Assembly: GCA_964016885.1 (NCBI GenBank)
Contig: OZ024740.1
Coordinates: forward strand, 164,672,001 to 164,736,000
Source of the DNA: Eledone cirrhosa
Taxonomy: Eukaryota
DNA length: 64,000 nt
Reading direction: 5' to 3'
How positions within the stretch are numbered: position 1 is the first letter of the stretch; each line of letters starts with the position of its first letter. A model generated the notes under the pieces. It did no database searches, was not told the DNA's origin, and was given only the letters and a program-made list of their open reading frames with translations. A program made the position numbers and the translations under genes. Of the stretch, positions 56,760 to 64,000 are shown in pieces.

Positions 56760-58764
56760 ATCTATCGATCTATCTCTCTTCCTACATGGTTTTTGTACTA
56801 CCTAATTCGCTAGTCTACTTAAGCTCTAACGGCCGTGTCCATTTTACGGAGTATAGACGTATGAGTCACACTTGTTCCTTTCCTTTGTATTTATTTGATT
56901 CTAATTCCTTCCCTCTTTTAATCTACGTCAATAAGAGGTTTAACCTGAAACATCAGATCGTTTCTTTGTCTTTACATTCGACAAAAATGTTTCCTTGTAC
57001 ACATTTCCTGCGTGTTTGTTCACCAACAGTCGTTTTACTCCCTCTCTCTCTCAACTTAGACTCTCTCTATCTCTTTCTCCTTCTCTCACAACCCCGCCAT
57101 CTCTCTCTCTCTCTATATATATATATATACAGAGAGAGAGAGAGAGAGAGAGAGAGGGGAGAGAGGGGGAGATAGTTTATCCTCTTATTTCATTTGATAT
57201 ACTTTATGTTATACTTCATTTGATATTACTTTATGTTATGAAATGAGACCATTATAGATTATTCAATATCCTGATATGCTTCTAGCCAAAAAATGTATTC
57301 TTACTCCAGATATCATCTACCTTAGCACTATTATATAAGAGAAAGTGGAATTTCATAACATAATATGGAAAGTATTATTATAACTATGTATGAGCAGAAT
57401 TGTTAGAGCGCCGGTCAAAATTGCCTTGTAGTAGGTAGATATATCTTTTTACGTTCTAATTTGAAATTTCGGCAAATTTAACTGAAATTTATACTTCCAT
57501 GGTATGTTAAATAAAATACAATTCAAGTACTGGTTCGCTATAATTGTCACCCACTCCCTCAAATTCCTGGCCTTATACTTAAATTATAAACCATTCTTTT
57601 TATTAATATGGAGTTGTCTCAAAATTGTCCCCAAATCCTTCATAACATCATCCTGATATTGAATTGTGACTAAAAGTAATCCCATCATATTTCGTCCTAT
57701 ATTTATAATATTGACCCTGTTTCCATTTTACATGTTTCCTTTATCTAATATTTCGACTTTGATGTTATAGTTTCGACATCACACACGCACACTCGTATAT
57801 ATAAACAAATATATAATTAATTTGGACCCATCTCCAATCGCAGCTGAATTTAAACACCGAGTTAGTATTTCATGTAAAATTTATTGCAGTTGTGTCCGTG
57901 GGGAGCAGCCGAAACACCACCGCCGCTTTAGGCATAGAGCCTATCACCCTCTTCCCTTCCGTGGCCTTAAAGTCCTTGCTTTTCCCTCTCCTTTTCCTAT
58001 GAAGGCATTTATAGCCCTTTCCTTTATACCTGCCCCACTCCCTTCTGTTTGTTGCTCGGTTTTGGTTTTATCCTTTTTTCACATTTTCATCAATATTTGT
58101 AATGCTATTTATACAATTGTGAATTGATTTATTGTCTGTAATTTTATTTTATAACATGGAATAAATAGTTTTAGTGGTTTAACTACAATATGCCAGCGTA
58201 TTCTCAAAAGAACAGTAACATTTTGATTTCTTTTTAGTATAATCAAGAAAAGAATAATAAACTATGAGGCTAAACATTCTAACTGAAGTGAACTAACTCA
58301 ATTGTCCGGACATTCACACGTTATCCATTATCACTATATAATATCTAGCATTTACTTTATTTACTATAGGAAGATTCATGTTTCATTTGGTTATTAACAT
58401 ACAGTGCTTTTACGAAAATATACTCTCCAGTAATGGATTTTCACTACAAATCTATAAATGTTTTCTTAGTGTATAAAAATAAAACAGAATCAAGTGAAGT
58501 AGAAGTGAACAAATAATCAGAATTATTGATACAGTTAATCAGAAAATCCAAAGACATTCAACAAATGACTAATGTTATAGCATTTTTTGTTTAAAAAAAA
58601 AACGGCCACAGCTTGCCAGCTAACATTCAGTACTATATGGGATGATTTCTAATGTCAAAAATTAATAGCATTTTCTTATCTATCTATCTATATATGCAGA
58701 CGGAACTTGAACCGTTAAGGTCTGATTCCTGGGTATGTCACTATTTATAAAACAAACTTTGTAT

Positions 58765-58819
58765 TTTATCTGATGAAAGCGTACCAAAGTTTTGGTACCC
58801 TTGAAATATATATAATAGA
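58765..58819 (+). ncRNA. Type I HHR (family of 31699)
   Basis: tttat-CTGATGA-aagc-gtaccaa(agtt)ttggtac-cctt-GAAAT-ATAT-ATA-ataga, then AATAAA. Confidence 0.85.
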
Positions 58820-58862
58820 ATAAATATGGTTTTATAAATATAGTTTCCATTTATTAATATCA

Positions 58863-58902
<40 letters not shown>

Positions 58903-58903
58903 G

Positions 58904-59016
<113 letters not shown>

Positions 59017-59148
59017 GTAAGCAAAAAAGTGTTGGTAAAATACAGTACTTCAGTATGCGGATAGGGAGCACTCAACAAAGATATCGGTTCCGGAGTTATA
59101 ATGGTGACGAAACATAAGTCAATTGTATGAACTCATTATCCTTTATTT

Positions 59149-59204
59149 ACCGCTATATATATTTCGATGATAGCCATTGTATGGCTATGAGCTCATCAGG
59201 CAGT
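59149..59204 (-). ncRNA. Type I HHR (related to 50641)
   Basis: rc: actgc-CTGATGA-gctc-atagccat(aca)atggctat-catc-GAAAT-ATAT-ATA-gcggt-aAATAAA. Confidence 0.88.
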
Positions 59205-59869
59205 TAGTAAGTTCTTAGATATGCCAGCTCTGGGTTTTTGGTGTTGATGGTTTAAGAGCCTTGGGACATATGAGCTTGTTAGGAATAATTTAATGTTGTC
59301 AGCAGGAATAAACTTAATTCTCATTGGTCAGTTTGTAGATGCTAGTAGGACTGGTATTTGACCTCAAAGAGGTAGGTGGTGTTGTAAAGTTCAAACCGTC
59401 CGGCAAGATGACAATAGTTCCATTGACTGATTTTCACAAAAAGCATTCCTGGTCAGATATATATTCAATTGAGGTGTATAGTATGAAATTCGATACTACA
59501 GGGCATTCTTAAATTGAGGAATTTATGTGGGGTGGTGCTACTGAAAATTATGGTTAGAGTCAAATACTTAGAAAATTTATATATGAAAAGACTTATGTTG
59601 GTTGACTTGTACATGCACTCACACCCATCCCCTAGACACACAAATCCATACAGATGCGTATATATATGTATGTACACACAAGTGCTTATATATATACAAA
59701 AGAGGCTCCCATATTCAAGTATATGGCAGACACAAAATGAGGTGGGTGTTATTTTTAAAGAAAAGGGTGTTTACAAAAAATTAAAAATTAAAAAGGAAAA
59801 ATTATTGTTTAGACTAGACAAAAGTAGGGTGTGATATATATCTTCACAGCAATAGCTTAGTGGCTTTGG

Positions 59870-61780
59870 AGCATAGGCGATTCCATTAGTACAGACCCAC
59901 CCACCCATACTTGTATACCTCTGGATGCGTGTGTATGTCTATATACACATGTGCATTCATACAATAGAGCATACACAAATATACTCTTAAGCATACACTT
60001 GAACATTTTTCAAATGCAACCTGGGGTATTATTATTTCGTTGTGTTCACATAAGTGCGTACATTCACCTAATCCCGGTATACACACACAGCGCACGGTTG
60101 AGGGCACGCATTCATGCGTATATTAGGATAATCGCTCGTCTTGTGTGGGTCACTCCGGTGTGGGGTGGGGGTGGTGGTTCATCAGGTTAAAAAAACGTGG
60201 TTTTGCTGACTCCTAACCAGTAGAGGATGTGGTGGACAATCCACTTTGGGGACCACAAACTATGCGTGGGTGTTGTTGCCCATTGGTCATTGGTACGGGG
60301 TGTAGGGAGCCCTACAGGGGGGGGGGCGCCAATTTCATGTATCTCGCCAGTTCATTAGAGCTTGCTCAGTATGTGAGGAGCTACGGGAGTGGGCCTATGG
60401 GGGCGGGGTGTGTGAAAAAGTACGGGGCGGTGCTAGCCTATTATAGGGGTGCCGAAATTACTACTAAGGGGTGGTCGGAAGGGGTAGGGGAGAAAAAGGG
60501 CGCTGTGGGAGGCCGTATCCGGGGTTTATCCATATAGCTTGAGGAAAGTTCCCGTCCTAAGGTACCTGCAGGTGCCGAATAATTCTGTTTAATAGCTTGG
60601 TTCCGCGATGAAGTATCTCGAGTGTCTCACTAAGACAGAGGTTGCAAATACCAGACACACTTCTGTGTGGGGGAACCTTTCTAACCACAGGACCAGACCA
60701 AAGAGTGCGGGGTCCCTTCAAGTTTGAGCTTCCAGATCAATTCAGAAAGGGCCGTACATTTCCTCTTTTCTACTCTGTTAAAGGAGTGGCGATGGTTATA
60801 CCACCTATCTTTGAAGCTCATCGCCGTGGATCCTATGTAGTGGTGCTCCGAGTTAGGGTTTGTGACCCTGCACCTGTAGACTACGTTTTTCGTCATGCAT
60901 TCATTACTAAGGGGGCATAGTGATGGTTTTCTGCAATTGCATGACTTTTTAAGCCACAGCACATGTACCGTGGGGTTACCATCAGGTGGAGTTGGCTGTG
61001 TAGCCCCGGCATTCAGCACAGGTTCGTTGTATTGCGCTGTGATAGTTGGGCCTGTCCGGGGTCTGGTGTGTCCCGTGTGCTGGTTACTTTGGGTGGCGCC
61101 GGGGTTTACGGTGGTAATAGAGGCAGTGAGCCTACTCCTATTTATGCCGGCTATGTGATGGGCTATGGAACGTGTGGTTGAGTAGGATAGTTTCACCGTG
61201 TGCCTGTTGAATATTTTATGATACCCCAAGGAAACATTTATCCAGTACTCTAAAGAATGTTCTAGCCAGGCTGCTATGTAGACCCACCGAGTACGGGGGG
61301 TTATACCATGCGACTTTCCTGGTCTTATTCCTACGGGGTAGTTGGGTGTCCGCCGTGGTCCATCGCGGGGTGGTGTACAGCTCAGGTCGAGCTCGGTTGA
61401 TGTTACTCAGGTGTGCAGAGCGGGTACCATTCGTTGTTCGGTCACTATCAAGAGGGATATATGGGCCCACCGTGGGGCTATGAACCTGCGCGGTGTGGCC
61501 TCCCTGCTCAATGAGGGTTCGTCGGACGGTGGGGCATGGGAAGGGGTGCCTATGCTCCGCATTACAGTGGTCTTCAGTGATGTCGGTATTAGACCGGTGG
61601 GGTATGCGGGACCTTCTACCGAGGGTGGTGGCAGTTAGGGGTCTGGGAGTATTACTACTGGTCACCGTGATATTAGGTGGGCGACTCATGCCCCTGAGGG
61701 TATTGGCTCGGGGCATCCTTGGGTCATCTCGATCATGTCCCTTAGGGTTATAGCTGATCCTATGGCTGTGGGACGCCTTG
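59870..61780 (-). mobile_element. Penelope-like element remnant (approximate limits)
   Basis: GC-richer block around the GIY-YIG remnant; ends are not sharply defined. Confidence 0.6.
60560..61340 (-). pseudogene. Second Naiad-like PLE ORF remnant (linker plus GIY-YIG), frameshifted
   Basis: VAWYNPPYS, IFNRHTVKLSYS, CNCRKPSLCPL..C, NVVYRC..YIGST..FKDRW.NH, TALSELIWKLK; then CNLCLSE..LLN..ELFGTCRY. Confidence 0.88.
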
Positions 61781-62779
61781 GCTAGCGCTGAGTTATAATA
61801 ATCAGCATTACTATTGAAACGTTAGTGGTGTACATTCTGTTGCAAGCATTTAAATCACGAACATTATAGGAGGATAACTTGATATCTTTCCTCTCTGCTT
61901 TCATTAACAACAGTTCAAGAGTTGTAGTTTCTCTACTTCCACCAGATTCGAAGTTCCCCCAAATCGTCATGATAGATTTGTTTCCTCATTTGACTAAATT
62001 GTATGGACTAAACAATTCTGTTATTTTAACAAATTGGCTGCCTAACTATGTCGACGTGAGTGTTATGTGAACTCAGGAAAGCCGGAGTAAAACAGCGAGA
62101 TTTAGATATGATCATTCTATTTGTCTGTCTGCTGTCTTAAAATTGCTGTGTTAGCGAGAAAAATAATGAAAAGGAAAGAAGGCACTAAAAGAATAATAAG
62201 GGAATACAAGAGAGACACAAAAATACTAATAGAAAAATTAAAAAACGGAACAATAAATGCATAATAAGAGAATAGAGTTAGTAGGAATAAAGCAAGGAAT
62301 ATACAGCAGGAAGAAAGAAATTGTTGAGGAGAAAAAACAAGAAATATTGATGAATGAATAAATGAATAAGAATCATTAAAGAAACAATATAAAGTAAAAG
62401 CACGAAAAATGATGAATAAATGTAAAATTAAATGGAACAAATAATAAACTAGAAGCAGAAAAGTGTAAGAAAAATGTATAAAAGATAGCGAGACAAAAAA
62501 AGGAAAATGAATGAAGGAACGAGAAAATGTAAATAATTGGATTTTCTATAAACGACATTAACAACAACAAAAGCAACATCAACATTTATAATTGCAACAA
62601 TAATAAGACGATGTTGCCAACAACAACATGAGGGACAGCTAAAAAAAAAAAATCAGAACACAAAAAACGAGTGACAATTACAAAATAACTGCAGCTATAA
62701 AATATGTAGTAATGTATATGTACGAAACACAGGGAAATCGCAAAGTAAGAAAAGCTGCAAATGACTGAATATGTATATA

Positions 62780-62835
<56 letters not shown>

Positions 62836-62852
62836 GCGCGCACGCACACACG

Positions 62853-62932
<80 letters not shown>

Positions 62933-63904
62933 GTGAGAAAGTAAACCACCATCAGTAACAACATCAACAACAAGTGACAAAATAAGAGACACCCCACCAA
63001 GAACAACAAACATCGAAGCAGCAAATTCGATATCGCTGATTATCAATAGTGTAGTGTGTCGTGCGCATTATTCAAGCAATGTGTAAGTATATAGAAACAC
63101 ACAAACATACAGACACACAAGTACATACACAACCACATGCTCTGGCATGTATCTACTTTGCGGTTGCAGAGAATTTTATGGATATTTACAGCCGTCAAGC
63201 CACCGTTTAATTAGACTTCCGATGAAATGTCGTCTTTAGCACAATACAAGGGTTTATCGTAATAAGAAACAAACATATCATAAAATGTCACGCATGTCAA
63301 ATAATAATAATGATTTCTTTTATTGGTCACAAGGATACAATACATCGAGGACATCCAGGGTAAAATCAAGACACAGTGGGGTTTACATCTAGTAAAATAT
63401 AGGAGGCCTCCGAAGTTAAAACAGTAGGAATTAAAATAATAGAAACTGTAATAAATACACATAAGAATAGAAAACAATAGCAAATATCAACAAAGATAAG
63501 TTTTAGGCTAATTCCTAGGAGAAACCTCACACAAAACCCTGAAATATTTTATTGCCTCACGAACATTGGAAGGGATATTTCCTGGTTTCTTTTCACTTGC
63601 TATGAAAAGCACACTCAGATTAGGTCCGTTTTGCCTCATCATCAATCTCACTGCTCTCACCCATAACTGCCACTAGAAGGCAGCACCTTCCTCGAAGTAG
63701 TTGAATAGGGATTGGTCGGAGAGGAAAATGTGTGCTCTCAAACCCATTTAGACATGTCCACCATACAGATTCCTTCACATTAACTACCAGGCAGAGGAAG
63801 AATTGTCATACTTTCCTTCTAATATATATATATATATATATATATAATGGAAAAATTTGAACAGGAACAAAACAGAGAGGCAGTACAACGAATGTTTATT
63901 AATT

Positions 63905-63970
63905 TCACGCTCTGGAGAGTGGGGTGTTGTTGGGGAACGACGTTTCGGGCATAAGCCCTTCCTCAGGTGA
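63905..63970 (-). ncRNA. HHR-like motif, cleavage site uncertain
   Basis: rc: tcac-CTGAGGA-a-gggc(ttat)gccc-GAAACG...gtga-aattAATAAA; near (TA)n. Confidence 0.55.
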
Positions 63971-64000
63971 GAAGTGTGTGGGAACAGAGTTCAAAGGGTG

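Noticed and set aside
60034-60186. CTGATGA on the minus strand in the second PLE's 3' region
   Set aside because: The nearest GAAA is ~140 nt away with no matching helix I.

Overview
AT-rich, microsatellite-saturated animal genomic DNA. The SINE family and repeat landscape suggest a coleoid cephalopod, probably Octopus; this is an inference. No intact host gene can be supported, and nearly all ORF-track entries are (TA)n/(CA)n/(GGT)n artefacts. The window is mostly mobile DNA: two Penelope-like retroelement (PLE) remnants with Naiad-type GIY-YIG endonucleases (one flanked by ~1.2-kb inverted arms), CR1-type and RTE LINE fragments, a Chapaev-type transposase pseudogene, a non-autonomous Helitron with both ends, and many copies of a tRNA-derived SINE. 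The main signal is a high density of type I hammerhead ribozyme (HHR) motifs. By eye I find 17 with full CUGANGA/GAAA/NUH cores and a closing helix I, plus about 8 degenerate ones, in roughly 10 sequence-unrelated small non-coding element families. These mostly sit at (TA)n tracts, and several are head-to-tail ~440-480-nt repeats and/or fold-backs, i.e. a retrozyme-like, PLE-mobilised ribozyme system. One further family carries hammerhead parts in a non-standard, pseudoknot-like order. All structures were folded by eye and none has been tested.
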